A stretch of DNA of 51,583 nucleotides, the filler included, from Sphacelaria rigidula (taxonomy: Eukaryota): NCBI GenBank assembly GCA_964200075.2. It is 3 parts of 3 records of this genome, joined end to end, with 100 filler letters (N's around TTAATTAATTAA, not from the genome) between each part and the next. Parts side by side here need not be neighbours in the genome. Positions count along the whole stretch, not along the records: positions 17,231 to 34,358 come from CAXNAA020001160.1; positions 34,459 to 51,583 come from CAXNAA020001161.1; 1 more part is not named here. One strand, 5' to 3'. Below, piece after piece: positions 23,176 to 35,967 of the stretch. Below the pieces are notes generated by a model that was not told where the DNA came from, searched no databases, and worked only from the letters and a program-made list of their open reading frames with translations. A program made the position numbers and the translations under genes. Position 1 is the first letter of the stretch. Each line of letters begins with the position of its first letter.

Positions 23176-23933
23176 AACTTTTGTGGCAGTCACCATCCTC
23201 GATTTTTTCGAGCATCGGGAGAAAAAAACGGGGAATGTATTTAATGGACACCGATCTGGACAAGAACGTTCCGAGATCATGACTCCCCCCGATTGTTTAG
23301 AGGTGGCGTAAGTGCATTGACGTGCAGTGGTAGGGCACGAGGCGTTTGATATTTTTGCAACCGCAACAGAAGACAGTCTCGCGACAGGGCAGCGCGTGCC
23401 TGCCCGCGCCAGTTGCTGAAGCAGTTTCGCACGGGGTTTGACACGTGGATAATAAGTGCGAACGCCGTACCCTGCGGCGATGGTGAAATTTTATGCTGCG
23501 CTGCGCGGCCGTATGAATCACTGTAACGAACGCTACTATACTTTCCTGGTCTGTTGTAGCTGTACTCGAGGGATGATGTACGGCACTGCACTACAGAACT
23601 CTGCTCGCGCACTGTTTGTTCACTGTTCTCGCAATACCGAGTGTACCATCATGTACTACCACACGGCATCACCATGCACTGTACTTGTGAAGCATCCTGC
23701 ACTGTATTGCCCCAGGGTAGCAAGGTACGACACTGTACTCGAAGAAAAAGTCACCGTCTGCCTGCTCTTCGGTTTCATGCACGATTACGCGATACCACCC
23801 TCAACTGTTTCACACATCTGCGATACTATGTACCACGAAACGGTCTCCCCGATTTGAGTTCGCGAATTTGAGTGCCCCCGATTTTTTCAAAATCGGAGTC
23901 TCGAAAAAATCGAGGTTCGTTGCCATAAAAGTT
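23176..23933. mobile_element. MITE with TIRs; interior shared with 27235-28020
   Basis: AACTTTTGTGGCA...CCTCGATTTTTTCGAG is mirrored by CTCGAAAAAATCGAGG...TGCCATAAAAGTT; interior GGCGTTTGATATTTTTGCAACCGCA is shared. Confidence 0.7.
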
Positions 23934-23937
23934 GGGT

Positions 23938-25213
23938 CAAGACACGGCCTTACCCAATATTTGGGTAGAGTAGTGAAATCGTACCCAATCTACCCAAAAT
24001 TTGGGTGAGTATTGGAGATCGTATTTAACTGACCCTAATTCTGGGCACGGGACCAATGCACGGGGATGATTTTGTAGTGACTTCAATTTTTTGCGCAAAG
24101 CGCGATTTATCATGGCCGAGCATTCAAGATCGGCACCCGGCAAACACTGAGGAGCCCTTGAAAATCAGCCGAACGACTAAAACATGGAACACGTCCTGTT
24201 TCACTGAACTGAAACAAAACCACACTCACGTCCGCTCTCATATGTGCTGTAGCTGTCACTGTTCTGTGGTGTGTTCAGATCTTCCGAAGACGGTTCAGTC
24301 TCCGCTGAGATTACTCGAGGTGCTGTATATGCTTGTGTTTGTATCTGTGTAAAATATAGCATCAGTCGGGACGCAGTGTGGTGTACACACTTGAGTGTTG
24401 AAAACTTCATGTTACCCGGACCCATCACTTGCGCGATACCGAACATGGCTGGGTAAAGACACACAACCAGCGCCGGTATGCACCGCTCGACCGGTTTGGC
24501 CAGACCCCGTGCTCTGATGAAAGGAGCAACGCGCTACACCGGGACGGATAAAATAGCAGCAGAGAAACGAAGCTGCGAGAACACAGGCAGAGAGCGAGTG
24601 AGTAATACATTGCCGCCGCAGTGGGTTATTGCGATCCTCGTGTACAGTATCGATATATCCCCATCTTACTATGGCTGATATTTCACTAAAAAAATCTATC
24701 CCCACGTATGTGTGTGAGTTTTAATCTGGGTCTTCTTCCTTTTTTTTGCTAGCCTGTGACCACGGAAGGTGTCCGCATCAGATACCCAGTACGAATGTAC
24801 CGCGCAGATACCGGAACGGTTTTCAATGTGAAGACAATAACAACAACAACAACAACAACACGCATGGGCGTTGTGCCAAATTCTGCGTATAGTAATGAGG
24901 AAATACCCAAGTGATACTCCTTACCCAGGTATTGCTGAGAGTACTTACCCAAACATGGGTAAGAGTATTTGAGGTCCTACCCAATCTACCCAAAAATAAG
25001 CTCGAGTAGATGAGGCCGTACCCAATCTACCTGAACTATGGGTAGATACCAAGTGATACTCTATACCCAGGTACTGCTGAGTGTGCTTACTCAATATTGG
25101 TTATATTATTGGGCTCGTGCCCAATCTACCCAAACCTTACAGAGCAAATACCCGGGTATTCAACCCGAGTATTCAAAAGTAACAGAGGCCATACCCTACC
25201 CGACATGCCCTTG
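23938..25213. mobile_element. MITE related to 16674-17130, interrupted by nested inserts (~24114-24860)
   Basis: TACCCAATCTACCC / GTGATACTCTATAC repeats on both sides of the inserts; terminal TACCCGACATGCCCTTG. Confidence 0.55.
24748..24860 (+). mobile_element. Retroelement 3' module with (CAA)n tail, copy 1
   Basis: GCTAGCCTGTGACCACGGAAGG..TCCGCATCAGAT.CCCAGTACGAATGT plus (CAA)n; nearly identical to 32052-32211. Confidence 0.75.
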
Positions 25214-25993
25214 GATGTCTTGAAGGAAATGACAGTACTTCTTGTACCTTTTTCGGAATGATACTGCGACTTATCGGAACAAAAACATGAATTTTCGTAA
25301 TACTTTCGGTTTGGATCTTCGCGAGTTCCGGTACACAAGCGTTCGCACCCTGTGTTCATCTTTGGATTTTCCGGGTCTGCGGGCCAACCAGGAGGGGGTT
25401 AAAATTTCTTGGTCGTTGGGTTTCGGCCTTTTTGGGTGGGTGAAATCCCCAACGAAACAGGTGTAGGATTTTGACTGTTCGGCGTATCTTCTGCGGAGCC
25501 AGCGGTACGGTCACCACATCACAAAAAAGGATAGGAGGGATTGTTTCAGCAGAACGCAGCGTGTACCCTTCTGGTTTGTGAAAAAAGATGGAACTGTCGT
25601 AGGCTGTCCTTTTCCGCGCCGTAGTTTAGCTTAGTACCACGTGTGAAAATAACGAAGATGGTCGGGCATGCTGCCCAGTCACCTTGGGCGTGGGTTCAGG
25701 CGCTGGAACGTGTTTCCGAGTTGTTCAGCCTGCGTGCAGCGCCGCGCCCCAAAACAAAATAGCATTACCCTTTCTTATTCCAGAAGCACCAGAGGGTACC
25801 CTTTCTTGTTTATCGCCCTGTTTATTTATGGGACGCGGCCTGGTACTCAGCTGAGTGCCGGAAACAGTCAGAATCTCAAGTTGGAACACAAGAGCGGAAA
25901 CGTGATTCGCGCAGAAAAGTGGCGTCACCGTTGGCGTTCTGTATTAACTGGCTTTGTAAGACCATCTTGTGTGGTCACAAAATCAGATCTTCA

Positions 25994-27229
25994 CGAGCTG
26001 GGCCAGCCTGCAAACGAATTCAAGCTCTAAAAGCAATATTTCATCGACATAGACGACTTGGCCCATGATCTGTATTTCGTATTAATCGTCTCATCAAGGG
26101 GAAGGTGCCCATCTGCTCAAAAATCTGGGCCACTTTTTTTCTCGTTGATTAAATCCCATGTCTAGTAATTCCTATACCGTACAAAGATAGCGTCCTCGCT
26201 AAAACTTATATGAAACCCTGAACGATGCATTCAGCGGATGATGACGAGCTTGGTGTCGACTTTCCCTGGAGCACGGGGAGACGATAGATACCCTTACCTT
26301 CGCCCGATTCGTCATCTATCTCGAGATATGGCGCACATGAGTTTCCGTACCAAAATCAATGTATTACGAGCAGAGGGACTAAATGCCCTGAACCTGGATA
26401 TTGCGTCTCAGCTTTCGAGAGTTATGCTAAAAAAATTGGTATGGCGAACCACTGGTGCATTACGAAATTGAAAAAACAGGTTTTCATTTTTCTTCGTTTA
26501 ATCCATTTTTTCTTGTTTTTTTAGGCGAGTTTTGAGGAGAAATGAACATTGCTCTTGGGCTTCATCTCAATTTTGAAACTGAAATTGAAAAATTGATGAA
26601 ATTAAAAACTGACGTTTGAAACATGGCATGGGGCACGACAGAGGCATGCTGAATGAAAAAAAAGGGGCCTTCAATTTTTTTTCGGGGGGGAGGAGTCCGG
26701 GCGTTCTCATAACCAAATGGCCGTTACCATACTAAAACGCCCTGAACCAGCGTGAAAAAAAATCAAAACCAACCTGATCGATTCTTCTTGGTTCATCATG
26801 ACCTGGCGAGGTCCCACACAAAGTTTCAAAACACAAACACCAAATGTGGGCCGGTAAATGGCCTGCAAAATGCTGTTCCGAACTTTCATCGGCTAGGTTT
26901 CGAAAAGACGATTCCGCAGGTGATTTCGCAATTTTTCACTTATTAGAGTTGGGTAGTGACATTTCTGTGGACAATCAACAGAGCATATAAAAAAGCTGTG
27001 TGGGAGGTCCTCAAGTTTTTGTTTTTCATGAGTTACGGGCAATAATCAGTTTCAAGGTTTTGGTTAAGTGCCGTTAAATCACAAAAACAAAACTCTGGAA
27101 CCCCACACACAGAATTTTTTAATGCCCTCTTGATTATCCATACTGTACCAAATACACTGTCCAACTTTGAGTAAAAAATTGCGAATTCGCCCGCCAACTA
27201 CAAATTCGCTTTTAGACTGGCCAAGCTAG
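25994..27229. mobile_element. Tc1/mariner-type MITE, copy C (long subfamily)
   Basis: TIRs CGAGCTGGGCCAGCC / GACTGGCCAAGCTAG|TA; colinear with the reverse complement of copy B. Confidence 0.8.
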
Positions 27230-27234
27230 TACGC

Positions 27235-28020
27235 AAATCAGAGGACCTGAAAACCGGAAACGCCTTGTATGGACCCAAATCGGGGAAGCTCAGATACGTG
27301 TCACGATTTGAGAACGTTTTCCCCCGACTCCGAGCGCAGTTCGGGGGAAAATCGAGGTCCCCCGAATCTGTAGGAAGTGACGTACGTACATGAACGTACG
27401 ACAAAAGGGCAACAGGCGTTTGATATTTTTGCAACCGCAGCAGCAGACAGTCTGTGACAACACGGGGGGGCGTGCCTGCCAGCGCCAGCTGCTGGAGCAG
27501 CTTTGCACGGGGTTTGGCGGGCGGATGAGAAGTGTTGACGCCGTACCCTGCTGCGATGGTAATAGTATATGCCGCACTGCGCTACTCTATGCGTCATCAT
27601 AACGAATGGTACTGTACTATCCTACACCCTGCTCTCAATGGACTTGAAGGGCGATATATATGGTATTGCACTCGTGAACTCTTGTTGCACACTGCGCACT
27701 GTTCTCACAATACCGACGGTACTATGATGTGTTGCCACACGGCATTATCATGTACTGTTATTGGGGCGTATAGTGCACTGCAGTATACCCTGGGGTACCA
27801 CGGTACGACGCTGCTCAAGATGATTTACTGCCTGCATGTCCTTCGGTTTCATTGTCACCCCGCACCCCTGCAGAAAATGATCCTTCGTGTACACAACATA
27901 ACAATTTCAAAAAGTCTGTGAAGCCATGACTCACACATGCGTACACATGAATCTGGGTTTCGCGAGTAGGAGTCCCTCCGATCTGGCACAGATTGGGGTC
28001 CCGCCAGATTCGGGATTGAC
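27235..28020. mobile_element. Second copy of the 23176-23933 repeat interior
   Basis: Colinear similarity, for example ACGCCGTACCCTGC.GCGATGGT and CACTGTTCTC.CAATACCGA. Confidence 0.65.
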
Positions 28021-28580
28021 TATGATGCCAGTTGGTCTAAGCGTGTGTCTCAACCATTGCTTTCGGCAAATCCTGAACAACAAAGAGATTCGGCCTTACC
28101 GTGGTCGTTATTCAGAACGGCAGCTCAAGTTGAAGTAGCACTACTGTCGACAACCAACGGGGAGCTCAGCGACCACTCCGCTGCCGTGAAAGAATGTTCG
28201 TACCATACGAGACCAGGGACTCTACAATCATCTGCACTGTACCGTGTGTGCAACAGACTCCATTCAAGGGAGCAAATTTGTCGCAGCATGTTGTAAAATA
28301 TTTTGAAAGATCATCCTCCCGTGTTTTTGAACACCACGGGCACGTTGCGATTGTATTTCCCTCATCATCCAGCCATCACCCAGGAAAATGCAACAAAACG
28401 TCAACCTCTTCCTCTCTCCGTGTGCGGTTGCCCACTACAAATGTACCGTACTGTTGTGCCTCACGACATAACAGTGCAGCCGGAGGGGCTCACGTAATGA
28501 TGAGTCTTGTAGCAACCTTGCATTTCCCAACACTTACCCATATTCCCTCTACTGCATTGTCTGTAGCGTCAACCACACAC

Positions 28581-28889
28581 CTCGAAAGATCCCTGCATGC
28601 GCCAGTCATCTACAGCCGGGGGTAAATCTTCGCCCAGCTCATTTGGAGCGGTTGGTAGAGAATGAGACCTGCCCCGGTCATCCCCGCCCATAGGACCACT
28701 GAATCTGATACCCGACACGTCCCCAAACAGTGACAAGGCTCGGGGGCGGTCGTCCAGGTAGGGGGAGAGGTTCCCTTCGTTATCTTCTTCCTCCCAGGCG
28801 GGAAGGGAGTTCCGACGTTCTTGCTCCCGGCGGCGGTGGAGGCTGTTCGCGCGAGGACGTCCGAATTTTTCCATCACGTCGTCCACCGC
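28581..28889 (-). CDS. Probable exon 2 of the EsV-1-7 repeat gene (AVDDVMEKFGRPRANSL...MQGSFE)
   Basis: TAG acceptor at 28892-28890 and GAG|GTGTGT donor; 309 nt, phase 0/0; GC-rich and coding-like; phase-compatible with both neighbouring exons. Confidence 0.72.
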
Positions 28890-30013
28890 CTATTTTGTAG
28901 TTTTTGGTTGTTCAAGAGGGGGCAGTAGGCGTAGGCTTATCGTTCAATCGTGATGCATAACATGTGAGTTCACGCAGGGCAATAGGCGCCTTTGGGCATC
29001 GACTCTTGCGCGTAGCTGCTCCTGGAGCAGAATACCTGTCAAGTCTCCATCATAGGAGTAACCCTCAAATCTTTTCACCACCCGGGTTGGTAACTAGATG
29101 TGGTGGTCCATACAGTAATACGAGTGGGGTATATTCTAATTCAACCAATGACCGGGTCTTACATTACGTCCATGATTCAAGCGAGGAACATTTTCGTTAG
29201 ATGGATGATCCTCCTTGCCACCTGAAGGGCCAAGAGGGTGAACAGTTCGTCTGATTCCTTCTGCTACTGCCCGTCTGCGGTCCTCTGTACCGATGACTTG
29301 AAAAAACACATACATTTGCACGTCCGGATTAGGCCACGTGTAATTCGAGGGAAAGCGATGATTCTGCCGAGTGAATAATCTCGAGAACAGTGTCAAGAAC
29401 GATCTCGGGCAAGCGGCGGACAGGCACACTACATTCGTGAACCTTTTTGATGCCCCATCAAGCCTTGTTCCCCACTAAGATGGTTCAGGACGGCATCGAT
29501 GTGCAATTCACCCGAAGTCTTGATGGAGCTCTCCTACGACTACGGCTCTCTGCGGCAGATGAAAGTATCGGCAAAAAACTTACACCGTAGTACGGTATGA
29601 TACGTGTCCACTAGCTAATATGGGGCACATCAAACCGAAATCAAACCTTTCACTGCAAGTCTCGACCAAAGGGGATTTGCAGATGCTTTCCTGAACCCCC
29701 TTCTGTGAACTGCGAGAGCTATCGTTGTGTATATTAGGTGCCAGCAACTATAGCACACAGTTTCAAAAGTCCTCCAAGATACAATTGGTGTGTACATGTG
29801 TACAAGAGCCCGAGCAAAACCGACATTGCGGTACGTGATGTACACTGTACTGCTCGCGCAATTACGTGGACTGTTATCCATGCACTCACAAGTCCCCAAC
29901 CATCGACACACGAACCAATGCAGACGGAATTCGGTCGAACGAAGACTTGAAACTGACCCCATGGCCAAGTACGATCAAAAGAGAAAACACCTCACGCCAA
30001 CGACATATAGACA

Positions 30014-30173
30014 GCACCCCCTGAATCCAACCCACGGCGGACTGTATCACTCGTCAAACTGCGATGTAATCCACACAAGAAAAAACACCGTACCCCAACA
30101 ACATACAAACTGCACCCCCTGAATCCGACCCATGGCGGACTGTATCAATCGTCAAGCTGCGATGTAATCCACA
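30014..30173 (+). repeat. ~62-bp direct repeat pair about 100 bp apart
   Basis: GCACCCCCTGAATCC.ACCCA.GGCGGACTGTATCA.TCGTCAA.CTGCGATGTAATCCACA occurs twice. Confidence 0.85.
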
Positions 30174-30406
30174 TCTTACGACGTCCGAGCAAGCACTATG
30201 AAATGCTACTCAGTAACGTGAAGCGCGTGAAGCCACTCCTCCCGTTCCCCCCCACCCCCGCCCCCGCAATGAAGCGTCAAAATGTACAACCGATGTTTCC
30301 CCAGTGCCTCCCAGGACAACCGCCACTTGCATCATTGTCAGTTTGCTCATGTCGAGATGCTCTACCAAATTTCAATTTTTTGCGCAGGGATGAAGCCGGC
30401 TCTTAC

Positions 30407-30523
30407 CGACGTAGGAGCAACCAATCCCTTGGTGTGATGGGGCGAACCTGACGATGAAGACAGCGGCGAGCCGGGGGAGCCACATCTGCCGGGAGGCGTC
30501 ACAGGCGGCGTGCGACCCACCAT
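30407..30523 (-). CDS. Probable first coding exon of the EsV-1-7 repeat gene (MVGRTPPVTPPG...LVAPTS); the frame stays open upstream to ~30890
   Basis: ACAGCCATGG start context; TCG|GTAAGA donor at 30406; phase 0. Confidence 0.62.
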
Positions 30524-32051
30524 GGCTGTATTGAAAGTAGTATGTTGGGCCCGATGCGCGGCGCAGCGAAATTCTGCGGCACCGCAGCCCGCTCCAAAGT
30601 TGCTGTTGCCGTACGTGTCGGTCTTCGTTACTGCCAGCTCGCTCTTGAGGGGGCCCAGGGTGTCTTCGAGGACGATGTTGTTTTTCTCTTCGTTATTGGA
30701 TTCAGCGGCTGATGGTGATGATGGTATAGCTATCTTCTGCGTTTTGTTTTCGATGCTCTGCTGTGAGAGAGCGAGATTTGGCGGGTGTGAGGGAGGGGGT
30801 TGTTTGAGGGCGCGCGAGTCGTGGTGCTTTCGAAAGTGTTTCCGCGCGATGCCCTGTGTGCGTATGTCGATCATGACACATGTCGTGTGCAAGTGGGTTT
30901 GCCCATGGGTTGTGGCGTCCTAAAAATGAAACTGCCGAAACTACCCTGTTGTACTACAACATTGCAGTACCTGCTGATCTTTGTTTTTGAAACAGCGGTA
31001 GCGGCCGTTTTGGGCAGCAGCATCCCCGACAGACGCAATGCTAAATGCCTAGCAAGGAAAGCACACGCAGTTGGTGTGGCGACGAGTAGTGTGGCAGGGG
31101 CTACGCCAGATTGGTTGCTAGCCGTCGCACAAGTCAGCTGGCTTCATGAAGCGTCCTATTAATATCCGTTTCAACTGATAACTTGGGGCACGCCGAGAAC
31201 TGTCGTAGTACGCTCCCCCCGGCCTTCGCTCTCACCATGTTTGTTTCGGTCTTGCACTGCTCGCGATACAGTATCACAATCCCATGCAGCCCTGCAAGGT
31301 GCCCGCTCTCCAATCCGTTCAACTGTTTTCGTTATGTGTTGTTGCGTACTTGTCGTTGATTGTGATCATGACTAGGACAGATGGCCAGTTTATGGGACCT
31401 GAATCGTTTTGAGAACTGGCTCTCTTCATCAAAACAAGTGTCATGATCCATGTTGGCCATTTATTCACCTGGGCATTCATTTGTCGCACTTCGACCCCCC
31501 GCCCCCCCTTTTCACGGGGCAAGTCCTTGGTCTCAAGGGATCAACCTATGTTTCCCCGGCTATGTTGAGCATTGAGCAGAAAAAAAATTGATAGGATTTT
31601 TCAAAATATGGACGAAGAAACGTCGATGTCGGTATTTTTATCGATACTCGGAAAACGATCAAACAAGCGGTTTCTGGTTTTGTGGGCTTTTTTTTTCCTT
31701 TCTTCGAATCATAGTCATTTTTGAAAGGAGAGGGGGGCACCACCAATGTGAAAGCAGTACCCGCTCCCCTTTTTGGCGGGCGGGGCCCCCGAGAGAGCTA
31801 ATTCGCGTATCGAAAGTATCGCAGATGTAGGCTGACATCCAGAACAATAATAGATGGGATGAGAACACCAACACGCACGCACACACACAAAAACACCAGG
31901 ATCTTCTGAGGTCAGCCATACAGTATGTGTTCTCTTTCTTCCATAATATTATGTATCCATGTTCTGCTTATATCGCGTTTTGTAGCTTTTAATCTAGGTG
32001 CATTTTGTTCCTATTTGTTTTGTTTGATTTCCCTATATCTTATTATAGGTA

Positions 32052-32135
32052 GCTAGCCTGTGACCACGGAAGGCATCCGCATCAGATGCCCAGTACGAAT
32101 GTGCCGCGCAGAGATCGGAACGGTTTTAATGTAAG

Positions 32136-32211
<76 letters not shown>
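32052..32211 (+). mobile_element. Retroelement 3' module with long (CAA)n tail, copy 2
   Basis: Matches 24748-24860; about 25 CAA units at 32136-32211. Confidence 0.8.
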
Positions 32212-32362
32212 GTGTACTCATACATACACACAAAGTAACGACCGCGAGTCTGAATAGTGGTACAGCCGTGTCCGATGCTGTGTACCTGCTCAAAGCCGGA
32301 ACGGAGCAGTTGGTCGTTGCCTCAGCTCTGCTGAGCCACTATAGCAGCTGTATATCTTGGAG

Positions 32363-32503
32363 ATGAGTAGCTGCCCGGTATGCTACGAGAGTTTTTCGTC
32401 ATCGAATCCCGTGGCGGTCCCTCGGGCGCTACCTTGCGAAGACGTGATTTGCACTCAATGCTTGGGGGACTGTTTTGAGCTGGAGTGCGACGATATAACG
32501 CCC
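32363..32503 (+). CDS. First exon of a RING-type zinc finger protein (rest not identified)
   Basis: MSSCPVCYESF...PRALPCEDVICTQCL is the RING-HC N-terminal pattern; CCC|GTGAGT donor at 32504. Confidence 0.7.
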
Positions 32504-33756
32504 GTGAGTACTTTTGCACACCGTAGATGGCATGACAACAGTTAGTCCTGAAGTTGTTCAAGGGGCATGGTTTGACTTTTTGTAACTACTGCTGCGCTGT
32601 GCTGTGTGTAAGGCGAACGCTACCCAGGCCAGACCGTTGACATGGGGAGAAGGTGTCGGCAGGCATCAGCGCAACGTGGCGTGCTACTATTTTTTTCAGT
32701 TCCACATGCACTGCACCACTTCGCAATGCCCCCAAGCAGTTCAAATTACCACTGAAAGCGTGGAGCCAGGCAACTGAGGGTTGCTTGCTCCCTCCAGTGT
32801 ACAACTGTTTCACAGTTCCGACAGTACAGTGTGCAGTTCAGACAGTAGGGCACGGTTGACTATGACGTTCAAGATTCTGTAGGGACGTGGGTGGGTGGCG
32901 CCGATCTTGTGAATAGACGGACTGAGTGATTCCACCTGTGCAGACAGTCGCGCTTGATTGATCAAGATAGGGACGGTTGAGACGAAAGAATCGCCGCCTT
33001 GGAGGATCCGTGCTAATGAAAGAATCGCAGATGAACGTGGCTAGCCGCAGAGCCCCAGAACGTGATCGGTGCTCTGAATCTGCGTGGTATAAAACTATTT
33101 GTGCCGCCATATACCGAGGTTTACATGTGATTCCACGTGTGATCTCGACTGTTAGTTGTCTTTTGCGTGCTTGATTGGCGCAAAGCCGGTTCAATTCTTC
33201 CACATGATGCTGTCATTCACTCGAGCTCACTTGGATAGCGGAGGTTTGTTACACTTTTTGACGTCCCTCAGGCGGTCGAATCGAAGCTAAGGGAATTCAA
33301 ACGTTCCCCGACAAAATCGGTGACTGACGGTACATTACAACAGTTACCCTTTAGGTTAAACTTACGCTCCGGAGCAGTTCGTTCGAGTATACGTATGAAG
33401 TCCATTCGACTACATCTATGCCACTGTCGACGTCCTTGGTTTTCTATTGTTTTATCCTGGAGTTGAGATGTACAAATGCTTTGCCGTTAACGAGTTATGC
33501 CTTGCTCGCCGCGGTGAATCCTCCGAATTATCGATATAATTCTCAGTTGAAAAATGCATTCAAGACCCAGATAACCTCACCCTGGCGGTCGAAAACTCGA
33601 CCTGTTGATCGCCAGGATAGGCTCTCTGTTGAACAGGCGCTGTTTTTCATTTCCACTTAATGGTGCGTGCAAGACCCAGATGACCTACGGTTCAAACAGC
33701 ATCCCTCTAGCTGCGAAGCTTGCCTCGGAACAGTTTTTTCGTCGGCTGACAGTCTA

Positions 33757-34358
33757 CGAGGTGGGCCAGCCGAGAAGCGACTTTGCAGTTTGCAGGCCGA
33801 TTATACGGCCAATACTTGGAGCTGGACCCTGAAATTTGGTATGGACAATGAGTAAGTAGGGCATATTAAAAAAAAAAAACTGGCGTACACAAGTTTGTTT
33901 GTTTTTATGAGTTAGGGGCATTTTACCGATATCTGAAAACTGATTATTGCCCATTACTCATGAAAAAAACAAAGAAAAAAAGTTGTGTACGCCAGTAAAT
34001 TTTTTTGTTGTGCCCTACGCATTGTCCATACCAAATTTCAGGGTCCAACTCCAAGTACTGGCCGTTTAGTGACAGGGTCCGAAGAAAATCGGAACAGTAT
34101 TTTGCAGGCCATTTACCGGCCCACGTTTGGTGTTTGTGTATTGAAACTTTGTGTGGAGCGTGGCTAGGGCATAATCTACAAAACAAAGTGGGTCAGGTTG
34201 ACCTGTTTTCAATTTTTTCCACTGGTTTAGGGCGGTCTACTATGGTAAAGACCATATTTCACGAGAACGCCCTGACCTCTACGGAAAAAATAATATGTAA
34301 GGCACCTATATTTTTTTATTCGGCACTCTTTTGTGGTTCTCCACACCAAAATTCGTCG
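33757..34358. mobile_element. Tc1/mariner-type MITE, copy D (short subfamily, cut by contig end)
   Basis: TA|CGAGGTGGGCCAGCC start; internal hairpin 33818-34052; the end matches the reverse complement of 82-119. Confidence 0.8.
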
Positions 34359-34458
34359 NNNNNNNNNNNNNNNNNNNNNNNNNNNNNNNNNNNNNNNNNN
34401 NNTTAATTAATTAANNNNNNNNNNNNNNNNNNNNNNNNNNNNNNNNNNNNNNNNNNNN
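34359..34458. other. Artificial contig spacer N44-TTAATTAATTAA-N44
   Basis: Same 100-bp linker as 17131-17230. Confidence 0.97.
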
Positions 34459-35140
34459 TGTTACGGTAGAGGTGAACACCTGGTAGACACATTAGGGTGT
34501 TTGCGAGGACCAAAGTCGGGTCCGGTCTCGAAGTCCAGAGCAAGACCGGAATGTCGCCCGATTTCGGTTCAACAAGTAGGTTTTCAAGACCCCACCGACT
34601 TTGGTGATGTGAAGACGAAATTTGGGTCTTGGGCTCGGGCTTTCCTGTTGGTCAACGATCCCAAGTCCGCATTACGGTTAGGATAACTCTGGTCTGGGGG
34701 GCCTATTTGCCCTCAAAGTCCGCAGCCGAAAGACCATTCTGGTCTTGCCTTGGTTTGGTCGTTTAGATATACATGCTAATGGCCGAAAGGCCCGAAGGGG
34801 TTTCCGTTCCCCCGGCACATACCACACCAGCTCCACCATCGCGCGTAGGGCGCACATCAGGCCACACGCCGACAACGGTTGGTGTGACAGTGGTGTTCTC
34901 TTGGAGTCAGCATAGCAGCATATATTATGCACAAAGAACGAGTGTTGAGCACAACTTGACACAGACGGCGAGTAGCTCGAACAACATAAAACCAACGCGA
35001 CGTGCATACGGCTTGCACGAGAGTTCAGAGCACGGGAAGGGAGCAAGCATGTCATACATCAGGAGCCGTTTGTTTACTCACCTCTCACAGATGTGGGTAA
35101 CTCAAGGTGAGTTGCAAGAGTTTTGCGAGAAGCGCGATTA

Positions 35141-35967
35141 GGCCGAGCGTTCAAAAATTGGCACTCGGCAAGAATTGAGGATCCGTCTAAAATGAGGGGA
35201 AGAACTATGACATGGGACATTTGCCATTTTACCGTGCTGCAGCACAAACATACTCACGCTCTCTCTCATGTGCTGTAGCTATCACTGTGGTGTGGTGTGG
35301 TATGGTGTGGTCGGACCTCCACGAAGACGGTTTGGTGACCGCTGGGATTGCGTCAGTTGCCTTACTGTGACTGCCTTGGTTCTTGTACAGAAAATGAGGA
35401 AAAATAGTTGTTTCGGTACGCAGTGCTATCTACACACAACTGTCTGTTGTGTGTTGGCTGTCTTGTCTTCCATGAAACAAATAAGGCGCTTCGCACACTC
35501 ATCATTTTTATGCTGTAGTTGTCGCTGTGCTCTTGTGCATTTGAACACTCTACCACGAACATGGTGTGATGTGCCCTGGAGAGTGCCTGAACAGTTGTAG
35601 TGCTGCATGCGGTGTTCCGGTAAGCACATAAGTGGAGTGAGATCAAACTGCTGTACACTACAGTAGCTGCTTTGCTGTCTGTACATAAAGGTGAAACGGT
35701 GAAACGATCGCGTGGCGGATGACTGTGCAGCTGTCTGTTGCGTCCCCGTCCGTACTAGAGCTATAGTTGGATGCTGGAATCGGAGAAAACACGCAAGACG
35801 GACACGTGCACGTCGGGGGCGAACATACTGAGCCAGCACGGAGCTGCTCTATCCCAAGCGTTTGATGACAGGAGCTATCTGCCTTGATGCCCCATGTAGT
35901 ACTTCTTCGCCCCATTTCAGACGGGTCCTCATTTTTTCGCCGGGTAACAATTTTTGAACGCTTGGCG
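35141..35967. mobile_element. Harbinger-like MITE with ~75-bp TIRs; related partial copies at 35984-36470 and 24114-24380
   Basis: TTA|GGCCGAGCGTTCAAAAATTG...ACATGGG is mirrored by CCCATGT...CAATTTTTGAACGCTTGGCG. Confidence 0.7.

Noticed and set aside
22578-23280. Poly-His, poly-Met and poly-Ser ORFs
   Set aside because: These are translations of the (GAT)n microsatellite.
24505-24575. Hammerhead ribozyme from a CTGATGA motif (also ~39398 and ~43259)
   Set aside because: No stem II with GAAA or flanking helices could be built around the motif.
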